From NCBI RefSeq assembly GCF_018977255.1, contig NW_024704742.1, forward strand, positions 80,974,001 to 81,038,000: 64,000 nucleotides of DNA, in the 5' to 3' direction. The notes under the pieces are model-generated. The model made no database searches. It was not told where the DNA came from and saw only the letters and a program-made list of their open reading frames with translations. Each line of letters begins with the position of its first letter. The stretch's first letter is position 1. This DNA comes from Callorhinchus milii (Eukaryota). This document shows positions 1 through 13,915 of the stretch, piece after piece. The position numbers and the translations under genes are program-made.

Positions 1-1697
1 CATTGGGATTGTTTGGATTACTAAATTGATGTTTCTGCTGTCAGTTTGACGAGTGTTTGTTACATATGAATGAATAAGTAAAGATATGTAAAGTGAACAG
101 AAGAGGTGGATTGACAGCTGGAAGTGCAAAAGAAGGGTTAAGAACTACAATTGGGCTTGAAAAACATGTAAGTTGTACAGTAGCTTCATAAATAATGCAG
201 TTGAACAGTTGTCTGGATGGAGTTTTGAATGGTAGCCTGAAAGAAACAAGACCAAAGGATGGAAATAGCAATTGAGTTAAGTTTGAATATCTTGTGGAAT
301 TTTTTAAAATTTGTTTTCAATTTGGAAGCTGATTTTCTGCAGTATGGAAACAGAACTGTAGAAAAATGGCTTCCAAATAAAAGCTGAATTTGACACTTAT
401 TGCCAACATTCTGAATAATAGATTCCAGCTTGTGAACCAGTGGGTTTCCTTGGTTATTCAGAAAATTTTTATTCAGAAAATACCCAAAAGAGATCACAAT
501 TGTTTGTCGGACGTTGCTGTGCACAAATTAGCTGCCACATTCGTCACAAAATCCACAGTCATTGCAACTTGCGCTAATTCCTGTGAAGCACTTTGAGACT
601 TTCTTTGAAATGCTGAGATAACGAATACATCTTGACCCAGGTTGAATATCTCCCAACAAGTAGTAACAGATATACTGTGGAATTACAATGGACTTTGCTG
701 CAAGAGATAGTGAATGTATTATTCAGAATATTAGAGAGTATAGGAAAAATAAGAGAAAATTGAGAACACAGTAAATAAGTCAATGGGGAAACTGGCACTA
801 GCCTATACTGAATGTCCTCGTTGTAGGTTGTAATATCTATGATTCTATATATATTCCACCAAAATGAATCATTTTTCTGAGGCTGAACAATGAAGGCCCA
901 GGGTAGAGGGATCACGTGGCATGAGGAAGATGTGTCTGAACCTGATGCGTATTCTCACTTAAATACATCTGTTGGTGAAGCTATGATGGACTGAGCTAGT
1001 TTATCAGACTTTAAAATGTTTTGAGACATCCTCCCGATGTGAAAGGTGATATATATAAATGTAAATTGTATTACATTGGTCTGCCGACAATACTAGAAAG
1101 ATTGAAATGAGGTCTGGAAAATATTTGTTTTTTCTTCCAAGGCTGAAAATAGATTTTCTAGCAGAGCGAATTCCAGAGAATCTACACATAGGTGGACACT
1201 GATGGTAGAAATTACCCTTTTAGAAAGATACTGACAGTCATTTACTGAGCTGGTGACATTTAGAATTTGCCTGTGGGCAAATATCTTCAGGGAGCTTCCA
1301 ACTGTGAATGAGGCCACTTAGTATTGATTAAAAGGTTGCGAGCTGGGAACCCCTGATCAAGGTCTTTTATACTACCCAACGATTTCTGCTGTGTAGTTTT
1401 TGAAGTTACTCATCAAAGGATGCATGGTTCAATGTAAAAATTATTCGACTTTTTCTTTGTGTATTTGAATTGAAAAGCAGAATCAATGATAGTAACACTG
1501 CATTTTTAGTTTGTTTGTCTCTGCATTTATACTGCAATTTGTGTAAGCAGTCCATTCATTAGAGAAGCTAACTTGTCAGTAGTAGTTTTATCATCTCATC
1601 CCTTTTTTTAACAAGATGCAACTTTCCTTTAAACATACCATGGCAAGGTTTGTAAGTACATTCATGGAAAGTTACAATAACCTGAATCAAATGATGT

Positions 1698-1712
1698 CTG
1701 CCTTCTAGTGGC
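1698..1712 (-). promoter_or_regulatory. Possible CTCF-binding site
   Basis: Minus strand reads GCCACTAGAAGGCAG, one mismatch to the CCASYAGRKGGCRS core. Motif match only. Confidence 0.25.
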
Positions 1713-2939
1713 AAATGGTTTGAAATCCAATATTTAACAATGAAAACCATGCTCTGCCAGAATATTTCATTTGGGTTAGCTATTCAAATTCGGTGACACA
1801 AACCTTTTAAATGTTTAATTCATATATAGGAATTAACTCTATCAAAAAAAATATTTTAATTTGAAACCCGATCCTTTCAGGTCCGTTCTGGTGAAGGTTC
1901 TGCCCTGTGCTTATCTCAGAATGCACTTAAAACAGCATATGTCTATAAATTATTCTTACAGTTCTGTAAGGTTGGCATAATGGTTCCCAAAGGATCATTA
2001 CAACTTTGGGATGAAGCTGAAATTCTTTACAAAAATGCCCACTTTCAAAGCTACTTTTTTGTTTAAAATTACAAATGCACAGTCACTGCAATTCCCTGTG
2101 AAGCACTTTGAGACCTTTTGAATGACGTAGGCACTATTTCGGATTCCAAGGTCGTTAGAGACATTCAGATGAATAACGATTCTTGCATTTGAAATAACGC
2201 TTTTCACGTTCAGAGGACATATCAAATCATTTAACAAAATTTACTGCAAAGTATAGTAGCTGTGTTTTTTATAGGTGAATCCTAAAATGTTTGGAGGCAC
2301 TTTAACATAGGAAAGACTCCTTAAAACTCCACAAGTGTCCTTGGTGTATGCCAACATAATAAATATCGCACTATACAATAGGATTTACAATTTACACTTA
2401 TATAGCACCTTTCACATCAGAAGGACACCACAAAGAACAGAATGGAATGTTTTCCTCTTTCCAAAAACGATAAACTGAATGGATAGCAGAACAAGTGACA
2501 ATCTAAAGCTCTCCCTGGAAACGTAGCATTATATTATGCCTTTATTGCTGCAATCAATTTGTGAAGTACAAACTTTATTTTTTAACTGACAAATAAACAT
2601 TTGTTTGAGCAAGTAAATTACCAGCAATGGTGATGGACATACACACCCTAATTGTGCATGGCAAAATGGTGCTTGGACAGATGGAGTTTGAGCCCACGGT
2701 TTTGCAACAGTTCAATATTTCTTTTTGATTTCAAAACAACTAAAGAAAGGTCATTCGCAGCTGAAAAAACATTCAGTGCTCAGTTGTTGCAGGAAGTTAA
2801 TAGACTGTTGTACAGTAAATCAATTTAAGAGTTGAAATAAATCAAAGCTGGTCGTTCTGGGAATTCACAACACCCATATACAAAATATTTTTATACACCT
2901 GTCTGTTTTCCTATTTTCTGTTCCTACAAAAGTGTGGTG

Positions 2940-3210
2940 ACAAGGTGGGTTGAGTGGGGAGCAACAGAAATTCAAGGGGTTGTGACTGAAGGCACAGCCA
3001 CTGGTGGTGGAGTAGAAGGGTTGGGGATGTGCAGAAAGCCTGAGCTAGCAGAATGATGGGGCTGGTAGAGCAGTGGGGTGTGAGCAGGTTAAAGAGGACC
3101 AGAACATGAAATGATTTGTAAGTGAGTGGGAAGATCTTGAAATCAGTCAAATCTGGAGCCAATGGAGCCTGTGATGATGAGAGTACGGAGTTTAGTACAG
3201 GTGGGATCAC
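2940..3210 (-). mobile_element. Degraded L2 LINE 3' fragment
   Basis: Purine-rich block (aagatcttgaaatc...ggagccaatggagc...gtgatg) resembling the better-preserved L2 copies at 14982-15727 and 18018-19090. Confidence 0.55.
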
Positions 3211-3689
3211 CAATCACATGGAAAATATAGCCAGATGTAAGCGCAAGCTGAGTGCAGTTTATGGAAAATAAAACCTAGTCAAAAGAAGTTCAAGCCCATG
3301 AATTTATTCTTTTGACAACAATAAAAAGGCTTGAGCGTCATTCATCCAGTTTATCACCTTCAGACCATTTTATTCAGCAGCTCTCTGACATTTTGATCAC
3401 ATGTGCCTTGAATCTCATGGGCATCATTCAAGAGGGAAAAGGTTTAGGGTTGCAAGCAACTGTTTTATGACCAGGGCGTTTTTCATTACCCAAAGGGTAA
3501 TTTTGCAAAAGGTTACCAAGAATTAGGTAAGCAGTATATAAGACGGTTCTAACCCCTATATGTACACCCACAATATGGCTTGCTCATCCTCGCGAAGTGT
3601 GCTGGGTGGCCTCTGTATTCAATCATTAATGACTGCAAGTCCCTATAACTAGGTGTAACTTGACTAATGAGTTCTTCCACGGCATTTGC

Positions 3690-3963
3690 AGGCGAAATGT
3701 GCAACAAGTCACCCACAGCAGTGTCCCGGAAAGAGTCGTGGGTTGAGTGACCAAATTGTTTTTTGAAGGGATTATTACCCCCAGAAAATGAGATGCCAGT
3801 CACCAATCGACTATCAACTGTCAACTGGGTTCCAATTTACCACGAACCAAACAGAGGCGTGTGGAATAATAAAACTTGCCTAAGGTTATGTTCTGCCTGG
3901 GAATCGAATCTGGGGCGTCTCTCTTGCGAAGTGAGCGTGCTAACCACTACACTACATGACTCC
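3690..3963 (-). mobile_element. tRNA-Ala-headed SINE, long variant, lacking its L2 tail
   Basis: Minus strand starts GGAGTCATGTAGTGTAGTGGTTAGCACGCTCACTTCGCAAGAGAG...GATTCGATTCCCAGGCAG; the body matches the copies at 28061 and 30485. Confidence 0.8.
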
Positions 3964-3970
3964 TATGAGG

Positions 3971-4016
3971 GTGGCTACTGGTAACAATATCATGAAGAAT
4001 TGTTACCAGTAGCCAC
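3971..4016. repeat. Perfect 18-bp inverted repeat with 10-nt spacer
   Basis: GTGGCTACTGGTAACAAT (3971-3988) and ATTGTTACCAGTAGCCAC (3999-4016) are exact reverse complements. Confidence 0.95.
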
Positions 4017-4936
4017 ACAGAATATTTAGCTTCAGAAAGTAGTAATAATCTTTCAAAATCCTTGTGTCTAATAAAGTGCCTTTCACATTGGGAGAAAGTC
4101 TGAAAGCCCTTTATAGGATTCTACAGTCAAATGCAATGACTGTACTTGTAGGTGAACACGACAGCCAATTTGTGCACAGCAATGTCCCACAGTCATGAAG
4201 TACATGACAATACAATACAAAACAAATTTATATTTAAGTAATATAGCTTCTTTCACGTCAGGAGGATATCCCAAGGGGCTTAAGAATTTGGCTTGGCACC
4301 CAAACTGTGGGTGGGAGCTGAGGGGAGAGGGGAAAGATAATCAGTAACGCAGTCAAAGAGTTAGGTTTTCAGATGGATCGTGAATGAGATGAGGGAGAGA
4401 GTGAACAAATTAGAGGGATACTTAGATGGAGTTCTCAAGAGAGTAAAACTTTTACCTCAGGGTTCGTGTGCCTGGATGCCGAGGGAAACTCTTTTTGAAT
4501 AGTGCCATGGGATCCTTAATGTCCACCTGACCAGGCAGATAGGACTGGTCTAATGTTGGTTTAATGTCTCATCCAAAGACGGCAACTCCAACAACACAGC
4601 ATTGACTCCAGCACTCAATTCGAGTGTCCACATAGACTGTGGGACTTGACGAGGTACTTGAACTTCTGTTTGTAATCATTGTATTCTTTCAAGTTCTAAC
4701 TACTCGATAAAAAGAAATATTGAGATGTAGGCATGAGGTGCACGGACAGACTTGTGAAGGAAAACATCTGGAAAAGCCATTTATATGATTAGGTCAGCTG
4801 TAGAACTGTCACAAATGTGGTAGATTAGGTACTAGTTGGGAGAAATTCCACCTGGGTCTATTTATGTACCATTTTGGACTGCTCAGGATTTGCAAATTTC
4901 TTAATTACGTCCTCAATTTTGAAGCTGCTTCAAATT

Positions 4937-5033
4937 TGGCAAATTATTGAATTGAATCTTAAGTTTTATCCAAGTTCTTTCATGAACGACAAAAGCTGAC
5001 TTCAAAGTTAAGATTCAATTCAACAATTTGCCA
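4937..5033. repeat. 26-bp inverted repeat (1 mismatch), 45-nt spacer
   Basis: TGGCAAATTATTGAATTGAATCTTAA (4937-4962) versus TTAAGATTCAATTCAACAATTTGCCA (5008-5033). Confidence 0.9.
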
Positions 5034-5290
5034 TATTTTGCGTGCACTAAATTCTTATTTAAATAGTTCAGGGTGTAAATCCTGGATTGTCCAGTACCTT
5101 GGGACATCCTCCTGACATGAAAGGCGCTACATAAATATAAATCTCTATTGTATTGTAAATCCAGAGCCAGGCGGAATTTTTTTATACAGAATTTCTACCT
5201 TCATGTGAACACCACCTAAACATTGAATTTCTCCTAGGCTTTAGGCTTGAGATAATTATCTCAAAATTCAGATTCTGCAAAATTTTAAAT

Positions 5291-5660
5291 TCTGTAGCGT
5301 ATTGTTTAGAGTACTCGCCTCACATGTGTGAGAGGATTTGGGTTCGAATCCCAGGCAGGGGGAAACCTTCAGCAAATTTCCTTACTGTACACATCTCTGT
5401 TTTTCCAGCAATAATTAGGAACCCTGTTATTAGTCAATTGCTTTCCGGGGGGTAATATTTTTTTAATAATAATTAAATTTTAAAAAATTGATCACTCAAT
5501 CCATGACTGTATGTGGGACACTGCTATGCGTAATTGGCTGCTGTGTTTTGCCCACAAAATATACAGTAAATTCATTATACAGTATATTCTGCAAAGAGCT
5601 TTGAGACATCTCAAAGACATGACAACACACTATATCAAATGCAACGATTATTATTGTTAT
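5291..5660 (+). mobile_element. tRNA-Ala-headed SINE, long variant, diverged
   Basis: B box GGTTCGAATCCC, body TGGGACACTGCTATGCGTAATTGGCTGC, tail ending ATCAAATGCAACGATTATTATT. Confidence 0.85.
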
Positions 5661-6110
5661 CATTTTGAAAATTCTTCCATTCAGTCTTATTTGGAAGCTG
5701 ATTTCATACAGCACATTAGAAAAATGTGTGTGGCTTCTAAATTAAGGCTCAATCTGAGAGTTCTCCAAAATTCTGCCCAATGTTTAATTTTAAAACAGTG
5801 CTCTTAAGGCTAAGGCTGGGAGAATTTGGGGACCTTACATGTCATTTGCCCAGAATTAAGCAATTTATAAATGTGTCTAACAATTTATGAAGAACATATG
5901 AAAATGAGGAAACATTGAGCAACAATTCTTACAGTTGAAGATTATTATTATACTTCAGATAATCCTACCACTTTAATAATAATACTTTTTGCATTTGGTA
6001 TAGCTTGTTTCACCTTGGGAAGACCTCTTAAGCGCTTCACAAGATATTCTGCAAAGTGGAGTAACTGTGATTTGTGGCAAATCTACATAATCCATTGTTT
6101 TGCATTAGTG

Positions 6111-7510
6111 ATTAGAATCATAGAATTATACAGCATAGAAGGAGGCCATTTGGCCCATCGTGTCTGTGCTGACTCTTTGAAAAGAGCCATCCAATTCAAT
6201 CCCACTACCCCGCTCTCTCCCCATAGCCCTGCGAACTTGTCCTCCCCAAATAATTATCTACTTCTCTCTTAAAACCTGCTATCGAATTGGCTTCCACCAC
6301 CCTTTCAGGCAATGCATTCCAGATACGAACAACTGGCTGTGGAAAAAAAATTCTCCCCACCTCCCCTCTGTTTCTTTTAACAATTATTTTAAATCGGTGT
6401 CCTTAGGTTACCGACCCACCCGCCAGTGGAAATAGTTTCTCCTTGTTCACCCTATTGAATCCCCTCATAATTTTGAAAACTCCTATTAAGTTGCCTCTTA
6501 ACCTTCTCTGCTCCAAGGAGACTAATCCGAGCTTCTCGAGCCTCTCCTGATAACTGAATCCCTCATTCCTGGTACCATCCTGGTAAATCTCCGTTGCACC
6601 TCTCCAATGTCTTGACATCCTTCCTAAACTGTGGTGCCCAGAAGTGAACACAGTACTCTCGCCTTACCAGTGTTTTATAAACGTTCATCATAAATTCTTG
6701 ATTTTGTATTCTATGTTCATATTTATAAAGCCTAGTAACCCATATGTTTTTTTAACAGCTTTATCTACCTGTCCTGCTACCTTCATAGATTTACTCATCT
6801 GACCCCCAGGTCTCTCTGTTCCTTCATCCCTTTAAGATTGTACCATCGGCTTATATTGCCTCTCCTTATTCTTCCTCCCAAAATGCATCACTTCGCATTT
6901 CTTCACATTAAACTTCATCTGCCACGTGTCGGCCCATTTTACCAGTCTGTCTGTGTCCATTTGCAGTCTGCTACTATGCTCCTCACTGTTTACTATTTTT
7001 TCTAGCTTAGTATCATCTGCAAACTTGAAAATTGTACTCCTTATACCTAAATCCAAGTAATTTATATAGATCAAAAACAGCAGACCCTTGGGGGACACCA
7101 CTGCACACTTCCCTCCAGTGAAACAACCGTTCACCACTATTCTCTGCTTTCTGTCTCCCAGCCAGTTCTGTATCTATGCTGCCACTGTCCCTTTAATACT
7201 GTGGACTTCTATTTTGCTTACAAGTCTCTTATGTGGAACTTTATCAAACGCCTTTTGAAAATCCATATAAACTACATCAACTGCACTACCTTTATCCACC
7301 CTCTCCGTTACTTCATCAAAAAGCTCTATCAGGTTTGTTAGACATGATTTGTCTTTAACAAATCCGTGTTGGCTATCCTTTATTAACCCATATTTTTCTA
7401 AGTGAAAATTAATTTTGTTCCAAATTATAGTCTTTAGAAGTTTCCCCACTAGCGATATTAGGCTGTTTATCCTTCTACCCCTTTTTGTACAGGGGAGTAA
7501 CATTTGCGAT
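6111..7510 (-). mobile_element. CR1 LINE, 5'-truncated and frameshifted (RT domain plus 3' UTR)
   Basis: ORF pieces carry CR1 ORF2 motifs SQHGFVKDKSCLTNLIE, VDVVYMDFQKAFDKVPHKRL, FADDTKL, WQMKFNVKKCEVMHFG and LEQRRLRGNLI; TTCTATGATTCT-type tail at ~6111. Confidence 0.95.
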
Positions 7511-9868
7511 TGTTGCACATAATGCAAGCAATTTATTGTTTATGATTTTATGCCTGTCAGCCATTAAAAGATAAACTTATTTCAAAGGAAACGCAAGTTG
7601 TGACATTTGAATGAGCCAAACCTGTGTTCTTTAAAGACATACACATGTCAGCTGGTGATTAGAAGCTTTAGCTGTAATTTAATGTTGGTTAAGATGAAGA
7701 GAGTGATGAAACATTCGTGGACCTTTTCCAGTCTATTATTATGTGTGTAATTAAAACCATATTCTCCAATACGTTCTGACAAGCTATCCAGATCACAAAA
7801 GAATCAATTCATTTGTACAGTGCCTGAAGATCAGAGCCTAACTGGCTCCAACTTTAAACTTCTGTTCTGAATCAAATGGCTTACTGCTAACAATTTATAA
7901 TTTCTCCTAATTCTTTTAAGCTGTAATGGCGAAAGCAATTGACCGTACAAGAGAATCACAAATAGTGCCGTATTCTCCGGGAAAAAAAAAAGTCTCTATA
8001 AATCATGGAAATGACATTGTAGTAAGAGATTGCTCAGCATATTGAACCTATGCTATGGTTAGCTCATTTGCACTTTACATCTGAAAGTATTCTTTGCTCT
8101 TACCCCCAAAACATTTTTTTATTTTTTTCAAAAGCAGTTCTCATTTATATAGCACCGTTCCCACGGGGTAACATCTTTGAGCATTTTACAGGGACGAGTT
8201 GGACTATGGATAAGGGGAAGGAAGTGGCCTTAGCTACAAATGAAACATAGGATTTGAGACAGGTCTTTAAGACACAAATAGCTTGGATGAGATGGAGCAG
8301 TAGAGAGAGAGAGTTCCAAAAGTGAAGGGCATACTTTATTCCTCTGCAAATATTTATCAAATTCCCTTTAAATGTGGTTGTGGCCTCAGCCTCAATAGCC
8401 ACTCACAACAAAGTGTTCCAGCTCCAATAACTATCTTTCAGTGGCAATGTGTGATTCAGCAGTCAATTAAATGATAATAACATAAATCGGGAGGTCGCAT
8501 GGAGCATGGATTTTACTTTATTTTTCATCTGGATGCAATTGTGGATAAAATAAATAGATGGGCAATTTTAGCATTATGTACATTCAAAAATCACATATAT
8601 TCCAGCACATCTTAATCTGCTAGATGCAGCACTCACTCAGCACTGCTCATGACTCACTGATGGCCTATAATTCACCTTATACAATGTGCCAAATATCTGC
8701 CAGTATCTGTGTTCACGTTGATGGCGGTGCTTTGGCTTGCTTTGGGTGGGTGGGGTTGGCGATAATTCATTTCATGCTTCACCACAGCCTCTTGGAGAAA
8801 GTTCAAATCTACAAAAAGTATTTTGACGTATAAATTCAAAAACTACATTCCAGCATGTATTCAGTATTCAGCTGCCCATCCAACAAGGACGCGATGATAC
8901 ATTAACATAAAAGGTATTTAGATTCACAGTGACATCTCTCTTCATCCGGAAAACATTGTGTACAGTAGGGCATACCATCAGCACAGTGGGGTCCAACGAC
9001 ATCAACAGTGCATGCACCCATTAAGTTCTCTCTCAAAACAACTGCACAATAACCTCTTCCAAGAGAGGAGAAGGGAGAGCTCTTTTGTACTTTGTGAACC
9101 ATCAGTGGTTGTTCACATCTACCAGTTGCAAAAACATTGCCTGCGGACCTCAACTATTCCATCAGCATGCTACATTAATCCATTATCACAGCAGCAGCTT
9201 CTGTAATACACATATGATGTGTCACCATGATGGGCCTAAGGGTATTTGCCATTACAATGTGGAATTCAGTGTGTATTTTTATTCCTAGCACACTCATCAC
9301 TCATGGCTTCTTCCAGCATGATAACGTTTGAGTTTGTGGCTTAACTTAACACCACTTCTTAAGTTATATATTTTCTACTGTTCTCCTGGGGAACATCAGA
9401 AACGAGATTCAGCTTGGCAGTAACATGCTGCTGACTGTATCTCTGGCTTCTGCCTCGTTGTGGACATTTGAGGCAGGATTCACATTATCTGTAAAGAGAT
9501 TGAACTTGACAGATGTATTAAAATGAGTAGATTGCAGGGCGATGGGAAATAGGCAGCTAAATGGGACTGAATAATTTGTTCTTTCAAACAGCCAGACCAG
9601 ACATGAAGGGCCACAAGGCTTTTTTTCCTGTAAATTTCTGTGATTCAGTGGGTCCACTACCTCCTTCTTCTCCCAACAAAAGATCTTCGCGTCACTCAAT
9701 GACCACACTCATTGCACCTTTCTAATTAAACCTTTATTCCTTTAACAAATGTGTGTGCCACAAAAGGCTGGATAAATGACTAACAGAAAATTAATACTTA
9801 GTTACTTCTGTTACTGAAATATTTGGGACAATGGCTTTGCTTTTATAGAGAAAATGAACTGATTATTC

Positions 9869-10268
9869 AATAACAATAATTATCCATGCATTTGATATAG
9901 CGCCTTATCATGTTGTTGAGACATCTCAAAGTGCTTCACAATATACAGTAATGTGGTGAACTCGGCAGCCAATCTTGGGCACAGCAATGTCCCACAAATT
10001 TTTATTTGGGGTATTGTTGGCCAGGACATCGGGAGAAACTCCCTTCTCTTTTTAAATAGTGCCATGGGATTTTAAACATCCACCTGGACAGGCAGACAGG
10101 ACCTCATTTAATGTTTCAGCCAAAGGACGGGTCTTCAAACAATGTTTCACAACTCACAGTACTGCATTGGAGTGTCAGCATGGACTACCTGGATTCCAAG
10201 TACCCACATGGGGCTTGAAACCACAACCTTTTGACTCAGAAATGAGAGTGCTACCAACTGGCCAGGCA
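9869..10268 (-). mobile_element. Deu-domain SINE (SacSINE1-like), near full length
   Basis: Head GCCTGGCCAGTTGGTAGCACTCTC...GAGTCAAAAGGTTGTGGTTTCAAGCCCC, central AAAATCCCATGGCACTATT and GATGTCCTGGCCAAC, L2-type tail. Confidence 0.85.
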
Positions 10269-11774
10269 TGAAAATTGTATTGAAAGGAGGATGAGTTTAT
10301 CATTCATATAGCACAAGAACTTTTCTTCCTTCTTTCCCTCCTGAAGATGCTGATGTTCCCTTGGGCGTGATTCCACTGGCACCCAACATCCTCTTGCGCA
10401 CATGTCCATTCTTCATGTGATCTTAGACACACACCTAGTCAACAGTGGAGGGATTACAACTGAAGCACAGCAAATTAAATTATGATTCACCCTTGCTTGC
10501 CTAATAACTTTACACTGCAAATGTACAGAGGTGCAGTTCTCCCAGGGTATCCCCAGTGCTGTGCAATCCATCTTATAGCATAAGTAATTTCCAGACTACC
10601 AGCAAACAGAATATTAAACAACCACTTCTGGTTGCTGCAGGCCTTCAATATAAGTGTGCGACCTAGACATTGCCTGTCGCTGTAAGTCCTGCCATCACAG
10701 GCTCCCTGAGGCAATCCTACAATCCAATACAAGCTTACATTTTCTAGTGCCCTTCACATTTGGATGGATCTTGGGCTTATCCTGGGCTAATCTTGGTCTT
10801 AAAGGGCTTTGTGAATAAAACAAGTCATTTTGAGAATAATGTAAAAATGAATAATGGAGAAATGAAAATGTGCATTCAGTCCTAAATGATATACAAAATA
10901 TTTTGAGGCTGACCACAATACCGGCATAGGAAAAGCAATCAAGCATGAGCATAACCCTAGAGGCAGTTTAACTTAGGAAAAGACCTGCAATTCCAAAGCA
11001 CATTAGTAGATCTTTGACATTAAAATAATTGGAAACATGTCCAATGTTCAGCCGTCTGTGGGGAGCAGGATAAACAAAGGATCAAAAGATCACTGAGCCA
11101 GCTTCTTCTAATAGGTCATATGCAAGTTTCAATCTCCAGGCCGAAGTGTTTAATTTTCTGAGAAAGATGAATAGCCACAATTGAAACTTCAAGAAGATGA
11201 AATTTAATTTCTCCTTCACTGCTCAAGATAACCAAATGAAACCGTCAATAGATCAATTCAACACATGATCCAATCCTGATTGGTTGTATTGCACAGACAA
11301 CATTTGCGAGGTTTGAACACGACTGGAGTCTGCCTACTCTCAACCACACTATCGACCAGTTTATTTTATTTCTGTTATATCTGATTATTTCCGTTTCCCA
11401 TTTGCAGTTTGAAGTCTTCAATAAGAAATTAACTTAATGCAATTTGCATTGATATAACATCTTTCACGTCGGAAGGATGTCTCAAAATTCCTAACATTGC
11501 TGGCTGGGCACCTGAGCTGGAGATGGAAGCTGTAGTGGGTGGGAGGCCAAAGATGACCAAAACTCAGTTAAAGAGATAAGCCTTGAGATAAACCTTAAAA
11601 TAGCTTTGAAATCATTTTATTTACAACCCAATTATTACGCAGGTCAAAGTTTTGAAAATTTACATTGAAAATACTTTTCTTTATTTCAGCAAAGCTCTTG
11701 ACAACGTTTTGCAATATCAAAGCTAACATCTGTACTAGGTATTTACCCGTTTCTAACAGGATATTTAAATAATA

Positions 11775-12080
11775 TAATAATAATCCCTTGCATTTGATAT
11801 AGCGCTTTTCACGTCTTCTAGATGTCTCAAAGCGCTTCACAGAATATGCTGTAAAGTGAATTGACTGTATATTTGTGGGCGAAACGCGGCAGCCAATTGC
11901 GCACAGCAATGTCCCACAAACAGTCGTGGATTGAAAATAACCAATTTATTTTTTGTTTTGGAGGGATTATTATTAGGCATGTGGAGTAAGGAAACTTACC
12001 CAAGGTTTCGTCTTGCCTGGAATTGAACCCGGGTGTCTCGCTTGCAAGGTGAATGCTCTAACACTGAGCTACATGACTCC
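11775..12080 (-). mobile_element. tRNA-Ala-headed SINE, short variant, full length
   Basis: GGAGTCATGTAGCTCAGTGTTAGAGCATTCACCTTGCAAGCG...GGTTCAATTCC head, shared body, (TTA)n tail. Confidence 0.9.
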
Positions 12081-12905
12081 ACAGCTGCACATGCTCAGTT
12101 GAGAGTTCTTGTTAAATACAGAATGGTAAAAAATTCTGCAGAGTGATTATAATGAGAAATCCCATTAGAATCCAACATTGCCAAAGGTGATGGAATGGAA
12201 TTTGTATACAAAAGTGTGGTACTTTCAATTGGAGCATGGACATGAGAAAACCCATCCCTTACATACACACAAGGAGTAGAATTTCTCTTCTCTGAAATAA
12301 TTGACCTATATAATAAAATAACTATTTCCCAAAGGAGCCTATTCTTTGGAGACCAGCCACATGCTCTTCATTAGCACTGCTGAATTTCACAATCCTCATT
12401 CCTGTTATAAGTATGGCAAGTAAATCTCACCAATGCAAGCAAAGGACTGTTTGTTGGACCCCTTTCGATCAACACCTTGCTATTTACATTTGGCTTTCTG
12501 GCAATAATTCATCAGATTGAATAAATTGATGAATTCTTTGGCAAAGCTCGGATTAATTGCACATTAATAACTATTCAATACACGAACAGTTCACTTGTGC
12601 GGCATACTTCTAATACTGTAAGATCTGACAGTGTTGACTGAATTGATTGTATATTTGTGGGCGAAACGCGGCAGCCAATTGCGCACAGCAATGTCCCACA
12701 AACAGTCGTGGATTGAAAATGGCCAATTTATTATTTTTGATCTGACCAAAAATCGACATCTGCATTTCAGGCATGGATTATATGTCATCGCAATCCTTTT
12801 TTTCTGCAATTAAAAGTGGTAGTTCTGGAGGTCTGAGATAATCTGAAAATCTGCCTGAATCTCCATATGAATATCTTTTTGAATGTAGAGTGTCAAAGGA
12901 AATGA

Positions 12906-13105
12906 TGTCAGCCTGGCTCAGTTGGCAGCACTCTTACCTCAGAAGGTTTCAAGCGTCAAGTTTTGAGATTTTGAGCTCATAGTCTAGGCTGACACTCAAT
13001 GCTGAGGAAGTACTGCATTGTAAAAAGGTGCTTTCCTTTATATGATACATTATACCAAGGTCCTGTCTGACTGTAATGTCCTGTGAACCTTAAAGATCCC
13101 ATTAT
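12906..13105 (+). mobile_element. Deu-domain SINE, 5' half
   Basis: TGTCAGCCTGGCTCAGTTGGCAGCACTCT...TCTAGGCTGACAC...TTAAAGATCCCA. It abuts an oppositely oriented SINE tail at ~13105-13270. Confidence 0.75.
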
Positions 13106-13487
13106 AATAACCCTTGCATTTGATACAGCGCGTTATCATGTTGTTGAGACGTCTCAAAGCGCTTCACAAAATATACTGTGAAGTGAATTAACTGTATACT
13201 TTGTGGGTGAAATCATCAGCCAATTGCACACAGCAGTGTCCCACAAACAGCTGTGGATTGAGTGACCATTTTTTTAAAGTCACAAAGCTCAGAGAAAGTA
13301 AAGGTAAATCAGTATATGCAAATCTATGATGCACTAGGAGGCCATTCAACCACTGTATTGGTGTCAGTGTTTCCTCCTCCAATTGCTCCTCTTAATCAAT
13401 TCCCAGCTCTTTCCCCTATACCTTCTAGTATCCTTCCTCTGCATGGGCTTGTCTAATTCCCTTTTCAATACCCCCAAGTCACTATTG

Positions 13488-13915
13488 AAACGTTGGGCAA
13501 GTTTCTTTACTCCACATGCTTCTGTTTACCTAGCAGTACGTAGGAACCCGGTTGTTAGTTGATTGGTGGATCGCTTTTCCAGGGGTAATAATCCCTTCAG
13601 ATTGTTTTTTAAAAATTATAATAATAATTTGGTCACTCAATCTATGACTGTTTGTGGGAACTGCTGTACGCAATTGGATGCCGCGTTTTGCCCACAAAAT
13701 ATACAATCACTGTATATTCACTGTATATTCACTTTACGGTATATTCTGTGAAGCACTTTCAGTCATCTCGAAGATGTGATAAGGCTCTATATATCAAATG
13801 CAAGGAAAATATACAATCAATTCACTTTACAATACATTCTGTGAAGCGCTTTGAGACGTCTCGAAGACATAATAAGGCGCTATACTAAATGCAAGGATTA
13901 TTATTGTTGTTATTA
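13488..13915 (+). mobile_element. tRNA-Ala-headed SINE (long variant, head missing) with a tandemly duplicated 3' tail
   Basis: The tail segment AAAATATACAATCA...TGTGAAGC...AAATGCAAGGA occurs twice, at ~13696-13806 and ~13806-13910. Confidence 0.8.
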
